Positions 11,960 to 22,665 are shown, counted from the stretch's first letter. The stretch: 64,000 nt of DNA from Candidatus Xenobia bacterium (GCA_045863235.1 BTUM01000014.1:58878-122877), one strand, 5' to 3'. Notes: generated by a model from the sequence alone, not told the origin. A program made the numbers and translations.

Positions 11960-13068
11960 GGGTCGTGGGGCGGCGTGGCCGACGGTTGAGGGCGAATTGG
12001 CTCTTCTTTGCTGCCCTTGACGTTCTCGGGGACGGTCTCCGGCTCGTCTCCTCCCCGGAGCGGCTGCTGGAGCGAGGGCTGTATTGGCGACGGCGAGGGC
12101 TGCGTGGGCGACGCCTCAGGCTGGGGGGATGGCGAGGGCTCGGGCCCCAGCCGCGCCAGGGCTTTGCGAGCCTCTTCCAGGTTGGGATCGGACTCCAGCG
12201 CTTTGGCGTAGGCCGCTCGGGCTTCAGATGGCTTGCTCATCTTCTCGTGCAGCTTGCCTTCCAGCATCATCATCTGGGTCAGCTCATCGTTTTTGGCCAG
12301 GGCCATCCGGGCCAGTTTTACGGCCTTGTCGTTCTCGTTGGCCAGATAGGCCATGTAGGCGGCCGCGGCTAGAGCCAGGTCGGCGCGCTGGTTCTGCTGC
12401 ATGACGTCGTTGAGATAGCGCCTGGCTTCGCCGGAGCGGTTCATCTCCACCAGCTGAATGCCCAGATTCAGCTTGTAGCTGGGAGACTCGGGCTGCAGGC
12501 GCACCGCGTCTTGAAACTCGGACAGGGCCAGCGGCTGATTGCCGGCCAGCTGGTGCAAGATTCCCAGATTGTTGTGGGCGGCGGCCATGCCCGGATTGGA
12601 CAAGATGGCCTGCTTCCAACGTTTCTGCGCTTCCGCCAGGTCTTGCTGGGCATAGGCCACCACGCCCAGCGAGTATTCCGCCGTGGCCTGCCCCCCCGGC
12701 ACCATCAGGAGCTTGGAGAAATGCTTCTTGGCCTCCTCGTAATTCTTCTCAGCCACGTAGCTGTAGCCGACTTGCTGATAGGCGGGCATGAACTGAGGCT
12801 CGAGGCTGATCACGAGATTGAGAGACTCGCGAGCTTTGGGATAATCCTTCAGGCCCAGGTAGCACAGGCCCTGGAGATAGAGGGCATCCGCATGGCGCGG
12901 GTCTTGCTTGAGCATGGCCTGGGTCACCTTGAGCGCCTCGTCCCACTTGCCCGCCTCCGCGAAAACCTGGGCTCGCTTGAGGTCGGCCTTGGACACGACC
13001 GACCCTTGAGCCACCACACCGGCCCCCAGCAGGACCAGCGCTGCCAGGAGGAGCGAGAAGCGTTTCAT
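11956..13068 (-). CDS. Exported TPR-repeat protein
   Basis: Sec signal MKRFSLLLAALVLLGAGVVA, multiple TPRs (AHNNLG, YSLGVV), Pro-rich tail. Confidence 0.85.
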   Translation of the reverse strand: MKRFSLLLAALVLLGAGVVAQGSVVSKADLKRAQVFAEAGKWDEALKVTQAMLKQDPRHADALYLQGLCYLGLKDYPKARESLNLVISLEPQFMPAYQQVGYSYVAEKNYEEAKKHFSKLLMVPGGQATAEYSLGVVAYAQQDLAEAQKRWKQAILSNPGMAAAHNNLGILHQLAGNQPLALSEFQDAVRLQPESPSYKLNLGIQLVEMNRSGEARRYLNDVMQQNQRADLALAAAAYMAYLANENDKAVKLARMALAKNDELTQMMMLEGKLHEKMSKPSEARAAYAKALESDPNLEEARKALARLGPEPSPSPQPEASPTQPSPSPIQPSLQQPLRGGDEPETVPENVKGSKEEPIRPQPSATPPHDP

Positions 13069-13349
13069 GGACCAGCCTCCGACAACGACAAATTGGGATG
13101 GCCGACGAATTTCACTTGAAAGTGCTGAGCAGCTTGCCGCTCGGGGAGGTCAGCATTGGGAAAGATGGAGAAGAGGGAGGGCGCGCTCAGGCCCCGGGTG
13201 GTCAGCTCCAGCCGAATCAGCTCCGAGCCCCGGTCGAAGTGGTAGATCAGCGCCACCTCGCCCTTGACCCTCCGGCCCGACAGTGATACCAGCCGTGCTC
13301 CCTGCTCGCGCAGGGAGTGGGCTTCTCGCAAGAACCGCTCTTCGGTCAT
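13065..13349 (-). CDS. Small NuoC/EchD-like protein
   Basis: LIYHF, PSLFSIFPNADLPER, KFVGHPNL resemble the complex I 30-kDa subunit signature. Confidence 0.7.
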   Translation of the reverse strand: MTEERFLREAHSLREQGARLVSLSGRRVKGEVALIYHFDRGSELIRLELTTRGLSAPSLFSIFPNADLPERQAAQHFQVKFVGHPNLSLSEAGP

Positions 13350-14158
13350 CCGACCCGTGCCTCTCGCAGGGCCTGCAGCGCCAGCTCCGGAAGCCGCATC
13401 TGGCCGAGCTCGGCTGAGCCTCCCGGCCCGTGAAAGTCGGAGCCCCCGGTGGTCAGCAGGCCGTGACGCCGAGCCAGAGAGAGAAAGTGGGCGATCTGCT
13501 CGCTCGAGTGCGCCGGGTAATAGACCTCCAATCCGCGCAAACCACCCTGGACGTAACCGGCCAGGAACTCGTCGGTGCCGATCAAACCGGGATGGGCCAA
13601 CACCGGCAACCCGCCGGCCGCGGTGATGACCTCGATAGCCTCCTGGGGTCGCAGGCTGTAGCGAGGCACGTAAGCCGGTTGTCCCTGGGCCAGGTAGCGG
13701 TCGAAGGCCTGGTTGACGTCCGCCGCCAACCCGCGGGCCACGAGCGCGCGGGCCAGATGGGGCCGGCCCATGCTGGGGCCCCGCGCGAAGGCCCGCACAT
13801 CCTCCATCCCGAGACCCAGGCCCAGGCTCTGCAGCCGCTCCACCATCTGGGCGACCCGACCCTCGCGAGCGGTGCGAATCCGGGCCAGGACCGCCTGCAT
13901 GGCGGCGTGGTTGGGGTCGATGAAATAGCCGAGCACGTGCACTTCGTAAGGCCCGGGCTCAGAGCAGTTCATCTCGATGGCCGGCCACAGCTCGAGGCGG
14001 CCCGCGGCCGCCTGGCGGGCTGGCCCGATGGCGTCCGTGGTATCGTGGTCGGTGATGGCCAACAGCTCGACTCCTTGCGCCAGAGCCCGCTCGACCAGCT
14101 CGGCTGGCGAGAGGGTCCCATCGGAGGCTGTGGTGTGGCAGTGCAGCTCGGTGATCAT
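13346..14158 (-). CDS. PHP-domain phosphoesterase (TrpH/YciV-like)
   Basis: ELHCHTTASDG, AITDHD, HVLGY, GRPHLA, LAHP, GGSDFHG; start ATG 14158. Confidence 0.92.
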   Translation of the reverse strand: MITELHCHTTASDGTLSPAELVERALAQGVELLAITDHDTTDAIGPARQAAAGRLELWPAIEMNCSEPGPYEVHVLGYFIDPNHAAMQAVLARIRTAREGRVAQMVERLQSLGLGLGMEDVRAFARGPSMGRPHLARALVARGLAADVNQAFDRYLAQGQPAYVPRYSLRPQEAIEVITAAGGLPVLAHPGLIGTDEFLAGYVQGGLRGLEVYYPAHSSEQIAHFLSLARRHGLLTTGGSDFHGPGGSAELGQMRLPELALQALREARVG

Positions 14159-14967
14159 CCCCGCCCCAAACGACGTACCAGGCGCTGAATCGAATGAGCT
14201 CGGCCCTTCGGTCCGACCTCCACCAGAGTGGCCATCAAGGCGGCGTCCCCGCCGGCCACCTCGGCCTTGTGGGGCATCCCCGTCAAGAAGCGCTTCAAGG
14301 CGATGTCGGCGTTCATCCCGATCACCGAGTCGAGGGGCCCGGTCATTCCCACGTCGGTCTGATAGGCCGTCCCCCCCGGAAGCAGGCATTCGTCGGCGGT
14401 GGGAACGTGGGTGTGGGTGCCCAGCACCGCGCTGACGCGTCCATCCACGTAGCGACCGTAGGCGATCTTCTCCGAGGTGGCCTCGGCGTGAAAATCGACC
14501 AGCACCGTCGTGCCCGCGGGCAGGCCCTGCAAGATTTCGTCCCCCACCCGAAAGGGACAATCGAGAAAGTTGGGCATGTAGACCCGTCCCATCAAGTTGA
14601 GCACGGCTACCGGCCGCCCTCCCCGGGCCTGGCCGCGAAAGAGCCCGACTCCCGGTGCACCGGGAGGGTAATTGGCCGGTCGGATCAGGCGCGGCTCCAG
14701 GTCGAGGAACTTGCCGATCTCGCGCCGAGCCCAGGTGTGATTGCCCAGCGTCACGCAGTCGGCCCCGGCCTCGAACAGCTCGGTGGCCATCGGCCTGGTG
14801 ATGCCGGCCCCCTGGGCGGCATTCTCGCCGTTCACCACCGTGAAGTCGACCTCCAGCTCGTCCAGCAGGTCGGGCAGTAACTGCGTCACCGCCTCGCGGC
14901 CCGGCCGGCCGACCACGTCCCCCACCATCAGGATCCGGAGCAGCTCAATCGCCCCCTTCGGAAGCAT
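14155..14967 (-). CDS. ymdB: YmdB-family metallophosphoesterase
   Basis: GDVVGRPG, NGEN, TLGNH, RPANYP, DFHAEATSEK, GTHTH, TDVGMTG; true start possibly CTG 14943. Confidence 0.93.
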   Translation of the reverse strand: MLPKGAIELLRILMVGDVVGRPGREAVTQLLPDLLDELEVDFTVVNGENAAQGAGITRPMATELFEAGADCVTLGNHTWARREIGKFLDLEPRLIRPANYPPGAPGVGLFRGQARGGRPVAVLNLMGRVYMPNFLDCPFRVGDEILQGLPAGTTVLVDFHAEATSEKIAYGRYVDGRVSAVLGTHTHVPTADECLLPGGTAYQTDVGMTGPLDSVIGMNADIALKRFLTGMPHKAEVAGGDAALMATLVEVGPKGRAHSIQRLVRRLGRG

Positions 14968-15505
14968 AGATCAACACCCGCATGTCGTCGCGAAAACCGG
15001 TCAGGTCGACCTCCTGCGACTGCCCGCGGACCAGCTCCAGGCTGCGGTGCACCAGATCGTCTTGATACTCCTCGTCGTCTTCTTGCATCTCCTCGTTGAT
15101 CGCCAGGTCACGGCCGAAGCGATCCGAGACCAGGGAAACCACCAGCGAGAGCTCCTCCACGGTCATGCTCTCCACGTCGCGCACGATCTGGATCGAATCC
15201 ACCTCTTGCGATCCCTCCTCGCCCGAGTGCTCGAAACTGCCGCGACGCGTATCGGTGCGGCGAAACTGAGTCTCGCGGGCGCGCACCCGCTGGAGTGAGA
15301 AGAAAACCTCCCACGACAGGCGCAAATTCTCTTCGAACTCGCTCAGCTCTGCTTTCTTCAGGCGACGGGTCAGATAGAAGTCGAGCGCCAGCAACTGGCC
15401 GTTGTGGGTGAGCGTAGCCGAGCCGACCTCCGGAAAGCGCACCAGCAGAGCAGTGAGGAAGTTGACTCCCTCGGAGGAGTCACTGCTCGAGCGCCGCTCC
15501 ATCAC
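14945..15505 (-). CDS. Acidic hypothetical protein between rny and ymdB
   Basis: ORF overlaps both neighbours; GC-typical codon usage. Confidence 0.75.
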   Translation of the reverse strand: MMERRSSSDSSEGVNFLTALLVRFPEVGSATLTHNGQLLALDFYLTRRLKKAELSEFEENLRLSWEVFFSLQRVRARETQFRRTDTRRGSFEHSGEEGSQEVDSIQIVRDVESMTVEELSLVVSLVSDRFGRDLAINEEMQEDDEEYQDDLVHRSLELVRGQSQEVDLTGFRDDMRVLIYASEGGD

Positions 15506-17046
15506 CGGGCGAACTCAAACGACCGGGTCTCTCGGATCACGGTCACCTTGATCTGGCCAGGATAGTCCAGGTCTTCCTCGATCTTCTTGGCCACCTCCCG
15601 GGCCAGCCGCGTGGCTCCCAGGTCATCCACCACGTCGGGCTTCACCAGGATGCGCACCTCGCGCCCGGCCTGGATGGCGTAGGTCTGCTCGACACCCTGG
15701 AACGACTCGCACAGCTTCTCCAGCTTCTCCAGCCGCTTGACGTAGGTCTCTACGTTCTCGCGGCGGGCACCGGGACGCGCCGCCGAGATGGCGTCGCAGG
15801 CCTGTACCAGCATGGCTTCGATGGTCCGCTGCTCGACGTCCTCGTGGTGGGCTTCCACCGCGTGCACCACTTCCGGGCTCTCACCATACTTCTGGCAGAA
15901 GCGAGCCCCGATGATCGCGTGAGGGCCCTCGATCTCCGCCGTGAGGGCCTTGCCGATGTCGTGCAGCAACCCGGCTCGCTTGGCGGTCTCGATGTCAGCG
16001 CCGAGCTCGGCGGCCATGTGCGAGCAGAGGAAGCTCACTTCCAACGAGTGGTAGAGGACGTTCTGGCTGTAGGAGGTGCGGAAGCGCAGCCGCCCGAGCA
16101 GCTTGACCAGCTCGGGGTGGAGCCCGGAGACCCCGGCCTCCATCACCGCCTTCTCGCCCTCGGACACGATGCGATCGTCCATCTCCTTGCGCGAGCGCTC
16201 CACCATCTCCTCGATCCGCGCGGGATGGATGCGCCCGTCCTGCACCAGCTTCTCAAGCGCCATGCGGGCGACCTCACGGCGGATGGGATCGAACCCGGAC
16301 AGGATCACCGCTTCCGGCGTATCGTCGATGATCAGGTCGACCCCCGTCAGGCTCTCGAGCATGCGGATGTTGCGACCCTCACGGCCGATGATGCGCCCCT
16401 TCATCTCGTCGGACGGCAGGTTGACCACCGAGACGGTGGATTCGACCACTTGATCGGTCGCCCACTTCTGAATGGCCGTGGTGATGATCCGCCGGGCCCG
16501 CCGATCGGCCTCCTCGCGCGCCGCCTCCTCGCCCTGACGAATGCGCATGCCCAGAGCAAGCTGGTTCTCGCGCTCGACCTGAGCGAACAGCTCCTCCCTG
16601 GCCTGGTCGGCGGTCAGCCGGGCCAGCTCTTCCAGACGCTTGCCAAAGCTCTGCTCTCGGGACTCGAGCTCGAGCTTGAGACGCCCGAGCTCCTCCTCGC
16701 GGTCCGTGGTCTTCTGCTCACGCCGCTCGAGTTGCGCGACCTTGCGGTCCAGACCCTCCTCGCGCTGCACCAGCCGCTTTTCGGCTTGTTGCAGCTCGTT
16801 TCGACGCTCTTCACGCTCTCGCTCGGCTTCCGTGCGCAGCTTCAGAATCTCGTCCTTGGCCTCGATCAAGCGTTCTTTCTTGATCGCTTCGGCCTCGCGA
16901 CGCGCCTCCTCCAGCAGCTTCTCGGCATCCTGCTGACCCTCGACCTTTTTGCCCGAGCCACCGCGCAGCGCGAAGGCCTGACCCAGAGCAAACCCCACCG
17001 CCAGTCCGAGGAGCAGGGCCATGGACACAAATACAGGGTTGGGGAT
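15502..17046 (-). CDS. rny: Ribonuclease Y
   Basis: N-terminal TM helix, coiled coil, KH domain ([13 protein letters not shown]), HD domain (LLHDIGK); start uncertain (ATC 17046 behind AGGAGGT, or ATG 17022). Confidence 0.96.
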   Translation of the reverse strand: MPNPVFVSMALLLGLAVGFALGQAFALRGGSGKKVEGQQDAEKLLEEARREAEAIKKERLIEAKDEILKLRTEAEREREERRNELQQAEKRLVQREEGLDRKVAQLERREQKTTDREEELGRLKLELESREQSFGKRLEELARLTADQAREELFAQVERENQLALGMRIRQGEEAAREEADRRARRIITTAIQKWATDQVVESTVSVVNLPSDEMKGRIIGREGRNIRMLESLTGVDLIIDDTPEAVILSGFDPIRREVARMALEKLVQDGRIHPARIEEMVERSRKEMDDRIVSEGEKAVMEAGVSGLHPELVKLLGRLRFRTSYSQNVLYHSLEVSFLCSHMAAELGADIETAKRAGLLHDIGKALTAEIEGPHAIIGARFCQKYGESPEVVHAVEAHHEDVEQRTIEAMLVQACDAISAARPGARRENVETYVKRLEKLEKLCESFQGVEQTYAIQAGREVRILVKPDVVDDLGATRLAREVAKKIEEDLDYPGQIKVTVIRETRSFEFAR

Positions 17047-17155
17047 GGCCCTCCACCTCCTATCCGGTTCCCGCAAAGGTTCACCGGTGAACGCCCCGTT
17101 TCGCACGGGGCAGGGAATTCTGATCCGTCCTTCGCTCGCTGCTCGTCGCGGTCCT

Positions 17156-17614
17156 TTAGTGGAAACGGACGGCTACCAGCTGATCCCAATCCAGAACGGG
17201 CGCCTGGGGGCTGGAGCGGTTGAAACGCTGCTGGAGCTGCTTGGCGAAGACCAGCAACGCGTTAAAGGTCTCGTCGCGAAAGGCGCCCGCCTTGACGCGG
17301 TTGTCGGCATACAGCAAACCGACGGTCTGGTCGGCTCCGTTCTTGATCGGCACCCCGATGAAGGCTCGAATCTCCGCCAGCATGACGCTGGTTCGCTGGC
17401 TCAGGCTGGGGTCGTTGGAGGCGTCGATGGAGTTGAGCGGCTCGCTGGCCTCGAGTGCCTGACGCAAGATGTGATGGCTGATCGGGGCCGCCAGCCAGAG
17501 CTGCTCGGCCTCAAGACCGTGCACTCTGCCCGCGGACCCGAGCACGACCAGGGCCCGTTCGGGCTTGAGGTGCTCGAGAAGGTAGTCCATCGCCTCGTCG
17601 ATCAGTTCCGACAT
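17156..17614 (-). CDS. GAF-domain protein
   Basis: [18 protein letters not shown]...LLVFAKQ GAF pattern. Confidence 0.8.
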   Translation of the reverse strand: MSELIDEAMDYLLEHLKPERALVVLGSAGRVHGLEAEQLWLAAPISHHILRQALEASEPLNSIDASNDPSLSQRTSVMLAEIRAFIGVPIKNGADQTVGLLYADNRVKAGAFRDETFNALLVFAKQLQQRFNRSSPQAPVLDWDQLVAVRFH

Positions 17615-17653
17615 GAGCTAGGACGTTTGAGTCTTCTCCGAGGAATCCCTCCC

Positions 17654-18487
17654 TCAGGCACAGACCGCCCCCAGCACCTCGTCGCAGAGCACCACACTCT
17701 GGCCCCCCTCCGCCCCCACCACCCGGAGATCGCAGTGCAGGGGAGCTCCCCAGCCCCCATCCAGGGAGGTCACCGCATAAAGGATTCGGCTGCCATCGGG
17801 AGTCAAGGCGGGGCGCCGATATTCGGGATAATCGTAGACCCGCTCTTCACCAGCGCTGTGCTTGACCAGTCGATCGCTGCCGGTGTGAAGCTCGAGCACC
17901 CGCAGCTGGCAGCCGTGGGCGTCGGGACGCAGATAGACAAGCTGGGACCCGTCGCGAGAGACGGAGAACTGCTCGAAGGTGCCCCGGGCCAGCTCCACCA
18001 ACGACCCGTCCGGCTCGAGCCGGTGCAGAGCGTCACGGTCGGCCATCAACAGCTGGCCCTCGGGCGTGTAGGCGAGGTGGCGAGGCACCCGCTGCCCCAG
18101 CTCCTGGCATCGGGGCGAGCGCCCCGGAGCGACCCGATAGAGCGAATCGTCGGCCACGAAAGCCCACTCTTTCCCGTCTGGCCTGGCTGCAAACTCGTCG
18201 ATGTCGTTGCGCAGCAGGACGGGCCTGGCGAGGCCATCCTGGAAGCGATAAAGACCGGCCCGCTCACGCTCGCTGTGATAGCCGACCGAGCCGTCGCTCA
18301 AGGCGATGGGATGGCGCTCGTCGGAGGACGAGTCGACCAGCGCCCGCAGGCGATGGACCCGATCGAGCGCAGGCTCGCTCGCCTGGTAGTACTCGGCCCG
18401 GTACAGGTCGGCCGGTCGGCCCTGGTCGATCAAGGGCTGAGGGACCTCGAGCAAGAGTGGAAAGCGTTTCCCGACGGGTTGAATCAT
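17654..18487 (-). CDS. TolB/PD40-like beta-propeller protein
   Basis: Repeats RPDGKEWAFV, TPEGQLL, SRDGSQLVY, TPDGSRILY. Confidence 0.7.
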   Translation of the reverse strand: MIQPVGKRFPLLLEVPQPLIDQGRPADLYRAEYYQASEPALDRVHRLRALVDSSSDERHPIALSDGSVGYHSERERAGLYRFQDGLARPVLLRNDIDEFAARPDGKEWAFVADDSLYRVAPGRSPRCQELGQRVPRHLAYTPEGQLLMADRDALHRLEPDGSLVELARGTFEQFSVSRDGSQLVYLRPDAHGCQLRVLELHTGSDRLVKHSAGEERVYDYPEYRRPALTPDGSRILYAVTSLDGGWGAPLHCDLRVVGAEGGQSVVLCDEVLGAVCA

Positions 18488-18647
18488 TGTTCACGCACCT
18501 CATTGCTGGATGTGGCGGCGCACGGGACAAGCCCTGCACCCGGTTCATCATGCAGGCCGGGCAGGTTCGATTTCCGCCTTCGGCGTGATCGGGACGTAAA
18601 CAGAGGGTGTCCGGAAAGTTAAATCCAGATGAACGAGTCCTGGCGGC

Positions 18648-18678
18648 TCAGCTTTTTTTCAGCCTCCGGCTCTACCCT
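18648..18678 (+). promoter_or_regulatory. Shared TCAG/-10 promoter motif
   Basis: TCAGCTTTTTTTCAGCCTCCGGCTC-TACCCT; TCAG repeated at 11-bp spacing. Confidence 0.65.
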
Positions 18679-18706
18679 GATCGGAGTAGTGCTCGGAGGG
18701 TATCCC

Positions 18707-21091
18707 ATGGACGTGCAGCTCGTCAGACCGCGGCCGATCCCCAGCTCCGTCACCCGTAGCAGCGGGGTCGTCAGCCAGGCCGAACCGGAAAAGCTCGACG
18801 CCGATGATTATCGGCCTCGCCACCTGGGCAAAACACTGGCCCGCGTGGGTGGGTGGACCCTGCCGGTGGCCGGAGGCGTTCTGGCCTATATCGCGGCGAG
18901 CTCTGCCAACCCCTGGGCGGGCGCCGCCGTTGGAGCGCCGGTGGGTCTGGCGGTGGGGCTGGCCATCGGCGGGGCGGCCGACCTGATGAAGTCCTTCGGG
19001 GGCAGCAGCCGGGGCGTGGGGCGAGCCACCGTCCTGGGAACCCTGATCGGAGGAGCCATCACCGGTGGTCTCTCGGCCTGGCTGGTAGGCAGCGGAGTCG
19101 GTTGGGGCATTCCCGTGATGGCCGGGGTGGGCGTGCTGCAGGGCGCCGCATTGGGCGGACTGGTGCATCTGCTCACTCGCCCACGCGAGACCGAGGCCCA
19201 GCGCCTGGTCGAGCGCATCAATGAGGATCCGGCCAAATACAATGCTCCCAAAGCCAAGCCATATCTCGACGCCATCCACGACCTCGAGAAGCGGGGCTGG
19301 GACGTGAGCGGGCACACGCTGCTCGACTATCAGGTCAAGCCTGACCCCAACCTGACCGTCTCGGTCTCGGAGAAGTCCGGCTCCTCCAATGACATCCCCA
19401 TCGAGCAGCTGCCAACCCTGATCAAGGTGCTCAACGGCGAGCAGGCCAGCCTGCCGCACTCGGAGCTCTTCCAGCGCCTGAGCGACCGTCCCCTCATCAG
19501 CCAGGCCCGAGCGGCCAACCTGCCTTATGGCGGTGTTCCTCCCGCCGAGAGCAAAGGCTGGTGGCAGGTGGAGCACACCAAGGCCTACCACGACCTCAAG
19601 GAAGGCAAGGCGCTCCACTACGCTCACCGGGAGATCACCTTCACCTACGATCCGGCCGCCCCGCCCCCGCTGGACGAGTTCATCCAGGACGCCAAGGAGA
19701 CGGCTGAGACGTACGAACGGGCTTTCCGGCCAGCCATCCAGACCTACAGACTGGATGCCTCGCAAGGTCAGGCTCTGTGCAACACCATGGTCGAGCTGGC
19801 CGAAGCGAAGCGCTTTCCCGACCTGGCCAGCGCCGGCCAGGCCATGGCCCGCTGGGCCAACCAGAGCGAAGGGTCCTCCAGCGAGAACACCAAGGCTTTG
19901 CTCTCGCTCCTCTCCCCGGGACGCCCCCCCGAGACCCTGGCTTTGATGGACAGCCTGGTTCCGGACTTCGGTCTGGTCCAGACCGTTCGGGCGGCCGACT
20001 ATCTCAGCACCCGCCTGCCCTTGCTGGGTCCGTCCGAGCAGGCCGGAGCCCGCGACCGCTTTATCCGCCTGGCCGGGTCGCTGGGCGAGGTGGAGCAGGC
20101 GGTGCGCATGGATGGTATTCTGGGCGCGATGAGCGCTCCCGTCTACGACCACTATCTCGGCGTCTGCGAGCAACTGGCCGAGAAAGGAGGCGAGCGCAAG
20201 CCAAAGGACCTGTTGCTCGATTTTGCGATGCTGGGGGCCTACGCCCAGACGCCTCATGACCTGCAGGTCCAGGCCCACGAATTCTCCCGATTGCTCGAGC
20301 CCCTGGCTGCCGCCGGTCAGGCCGACCAGGCGGCCCCCGTGTACGCTTTCCTCAAGAGCCATAAGCTCTCTCCCGATGGCTTCCTGACCACCATGGAGCA
20401 GACAAAGGATGCCCGGGCAGCCTGCCAGCAGCTCTCCGGGTCCCAACCGGGACCGGCCAGCACCCTGGCCATCGACGAGAAAACCTATGAGCCGGTGCTG
20501 GGCTACTCGGCCCGCCAGGCCGTCCAGCATCTCGAGCAAGAGCGAGGCCATCTCGATGCGGCTGGCTTTGAGCGTTACCGCAGGACCTTCGACCGGGTGC
20601 TGAACGCTTCCACCGACCTGGAGGTGGCCAAGCGCGCCAGTGGAGTGCTGCAAAACCTGCCCCCCAACCGGGCCGAGGTCCACCTGGGATTGATGGAGGA
20701 CCTGACCCGCCGTCGGGGTGAGGCCAGTCCTTCCGTGCTGATCGACTACCTGTGCACCGTCACCGGCCGATTGCCGGGCCAGACCCTGCAGGACGCCGCC
20801 CGCGAGTACGGCGACCTGCTCGGAGGGTGCGCGGGCGCAGGTCTGGCCGACGAGGCGGCCCCCACCTTCGCCCTGATCCGCGACGGCATCGCCAACGGCA
20901 AAGCCGGCAAGGACACCGTGCGCGACCTGACCGACCGCTACGTGAAGTCGCTCCTGCTCACCAAAGACGGCGAGAAATCGCGCCACCTCATCTTTACCGG
21001 GGAGGCCCACAGCTCGGTTCAGGAGGACCAGTCCGGCGTGACCGTGGGCGGCGTGCGCATTCGTCGACGCCCCGGCGCGAGGGGAGAATGA
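18707..21091 (+). CDS. Large hypothetical protein: Gly-rich hydrophobic N-region, helical body, C-terminal GGV tail
   Basis: ATG 18707 after GGAGG; ends VQEDQSGVTVGGVRIRRRPGARGE. Confidence 0.8.
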   Translation: MDVQLVRPRPIPSSVTRSSGVVSQAEPEKLDADDYRPRHLGKTLARVGGWTLPVAGGVLAYIAASSANPWAGAAVGAPVGLAVGLAIGGAADLMKSFGGSSRGVGRATVLGTLIGGAITGGLSAWLVGSGVGWGIPVMAGVGVLQGAALGGLVHLLTRPRETEAQRLVERINEDPAKYNAPKAKPYLDAIHDLEKRGWDVSGHTLLDYQVKPDPNLTVSVSEKSGSSNDIPIEQLPTLIKVLNGEQASLPHSELFQRLSDRPLISQARAANLPYGGVPPAESKGWWQVEHTKAYHDLKEGKALHYAHREITFTYDPAAPPPLDEFIQDAKETAETYERAFRPAIQTYRLDASQGQALCNTMVELAEAKRFPDLASAGQAMARWANQSEGSSSENTKALLSLLSPGRPPETLALMDSLVPDFGLVQTVRAADYLSTRLPLLGPSEQAGARDRFIRLAGSLGEVEQAVRMDGILGAMSAPVYDHYLGVCEQLAEKGGERKPKDLLLDFAMLGAYAQTPHDLQVQAHEFSRLLEPLAAAGQADQAAPVYAFLKSHKLSPDGFLTTMEQTKDARAACQQLSGSQPGPASTLAIDEKTYEPVLGYSARQAVQHLEQERGHLDAAGFERYRRTFDRVLNASTDLEVAKRASGVLQNLPPNRAEVHLGLMEDLTRRRGEASPSVLIDYLCTVTGRLPGQTLQDAAREYGDLLGGCAGAGLADEAAPTFALIRDGIANGKAGKDTVRDLTDRYVKSLLLTKDGEKSRHLIFTGEAHSSVQEDQSGVTVGGVRIRRRPGARGE

Positions 21092-22311
21092 TCCACCTCG
21101 AGTGCACCCTGTGCTCGAAACGCTACCAACCCGGCGAAGTGCGCTACGTGTGCCCGGCCTGCGGTCCGGACGGCCTGCTCGACCCGCTCTACGACTATGA
21201 GCGCGCCCGGGGCGACTTCCCGCGCGCCCATGCGGCGGGAATCGCCCGCTACCTGTCCATCCTGCCGATCAAGAACCCGGCTCACCTTCCCCCCCTGCTG
21301 GTGGGGGGAACACCCCTGACGCGGGGCGACAGGCTGGCGCGGGAACTGGGCCTGCAGCACCTGTTCTTGAAGGAGGACAACCGCAGCCTGACCGGATCGT
21401 TCAAGGACCGGGCCAGCGCTGTGGCCGTCGCGGCCGCCCTGGACGAAGGCGAGCGGCTCATCACCGGCGCCTCCACGGGCAACGCCGCCTCTTCGCTGGC
21501 AGGCATGGCGGCGGCGCTGGGCCTGACCACGGTCATCTTCGTTCCAGCTCGAGCGCCCAGAGCCAAGATCACCCAGTTGCTGGTCTACGGGGCCCACGTC
21601 CTGCTCGTGGACGGGAGCTACGACGACGCCTGCGACCTTTCGCTCGAGGCCACCCGGCGCTACGGCTGGTACAACCGCAACACCGGCTACAACCCGGTCT
21701 GCCTGGAGGGCAAGAAGACCGCCGCCCTGGAGATCTGGGAAGACCTTGGCCGCGAGGCCCCCGAGGCGGTCTTCGTTCCGGTAGGTGACGGCTGCATCAT
21801 CGGCGGCATCGGCAAGGGCTTCATGGATCTCCGCCGGATGGGCCTGATCGACCGCCTTCCCCGCCTCTACGGTTGCCAGGCCGAAGGCTCGGCGGTGCTG
21901 AGCAAGTGCCAGGACGGGCGCATCGTGGCCGAGCCCGATGCTTCCACGGTGGCCGACTCGATCTGCGTGGGCTACCCCCGGGCGGCCAGCCAGGCCCTGC
22001 GGGCCGTGCGCGAGAGCCAGGGCAGCTGGCTGGTCGTGACGGACGACGAGATTCTCGAGGCCCAGCAACGGGTGGCCCGGAGCACGGGCGTGTTCGGCGA
22101 GCCCGCCTGCTCGGCCGCCGCCGCCGGGCTCTTCCAGGCCGTGGAGAAGGGCCTGGTGGGCGGCGACGAACGTATCGCCATCATCGTGACCGGCAGCGGG
22201 CTCAAGGACGTGGAAGGAGCGATGAAGGGCCCCTGCGGCCAGGGCATTCCCGTTCCCCGCAACCCGGAGGGACTGGAGGCCGCCTTGCGGCAGATTCCGG
22301 GGCTACTTTAG
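21088..22311 (+). CDS. thrC: Threonine synthase (PLP-dependent)
   Basis: N-terminal CxxC pairs, TGSFKDR, ASTGNAA, EGKKT, VPVGDG, TGSGLKD; ATGA overlap with upstream gene. Confidence 0.9.
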   Translation: MIHLECTLCSKRYQPGEVRYVCPACGPDGLLDPLYDYERARGDFPRAHAAGIARYLSILPIKNPAHLPPLLVGGTPLTRGDRLARELGLQHLFLKEDNRSLTGSFKDRASAVAVAAALDEGERLITGASTGNAASSLAGMAAALGLTTVIFVPARAPRAKITQLLVYGAHVLLVDGSYDDACDLSLEATRRYGWYNRNTGYNPVCLEGKKTAALEIWEDLGREAPEAVFVPVGDGCIIGGIGKGFMDLRRMGLIDRLPRLYGCQAEGSAVLSKCQDGRIVAEPDASTVADSICVGYPRAASQALRAVRESQGSWLVVTDDEILEAQQRVARSTGVFGEPACSAAAAGLFQAVEKGLVGGDERIAIIVTGSGLKDVEGAMKGPCGQGIPVPRNPEGLEAALRQIPGLL

Positions 22312-22383
22312 GCCCGTTGCACTTATGGTGCAGTGCTTTGCGGTCAAGCGGGAACCGCCAGGCGCCGCGCGAATTTTCCCTGG

Positions 22384-22665
22384 ATGCGAGGAGAGTTCCG
22401 GGGCAACGAGTTTCCGATCACAGTCGAGGTGAACCGGCCTCAATTGCTGGGGATTGCAGCCTCGTTTCTGGCCGTGCTGCTCGCCCTGGTCGTCGTGTGG
22501 AAATGGCCGGTTCTGGGGCCGCTGGTGCTGGTCTGGCTTCCCTGCTGCCCGGTACTGGGCGTCTGGTTGGCCGAGCGCTTGACCCGGCGCCAACACGCTA
22601 ACAAGTTCTGCACGCACGCCTCAGCCTCACCGTATCGCTGCGATCGGTGCGGACAGCGCCTCTGA
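22384..22665 (+). CDS. Small membrane protein with C-terminal Cys/His cluster
   Basis: Two hydrophobic segments, then CTH...CDRCG; start uncertain (22333 or 22384). Confidence 0.5.
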   Translation: MRGEFRGNEFPITVEVNRPQLLGIAASFLAVLLALVVVWKWPVLGPLVLVWLPCCPVLGVWLAERLTRRQHANKFCTHASASPYRCDRCGQRL

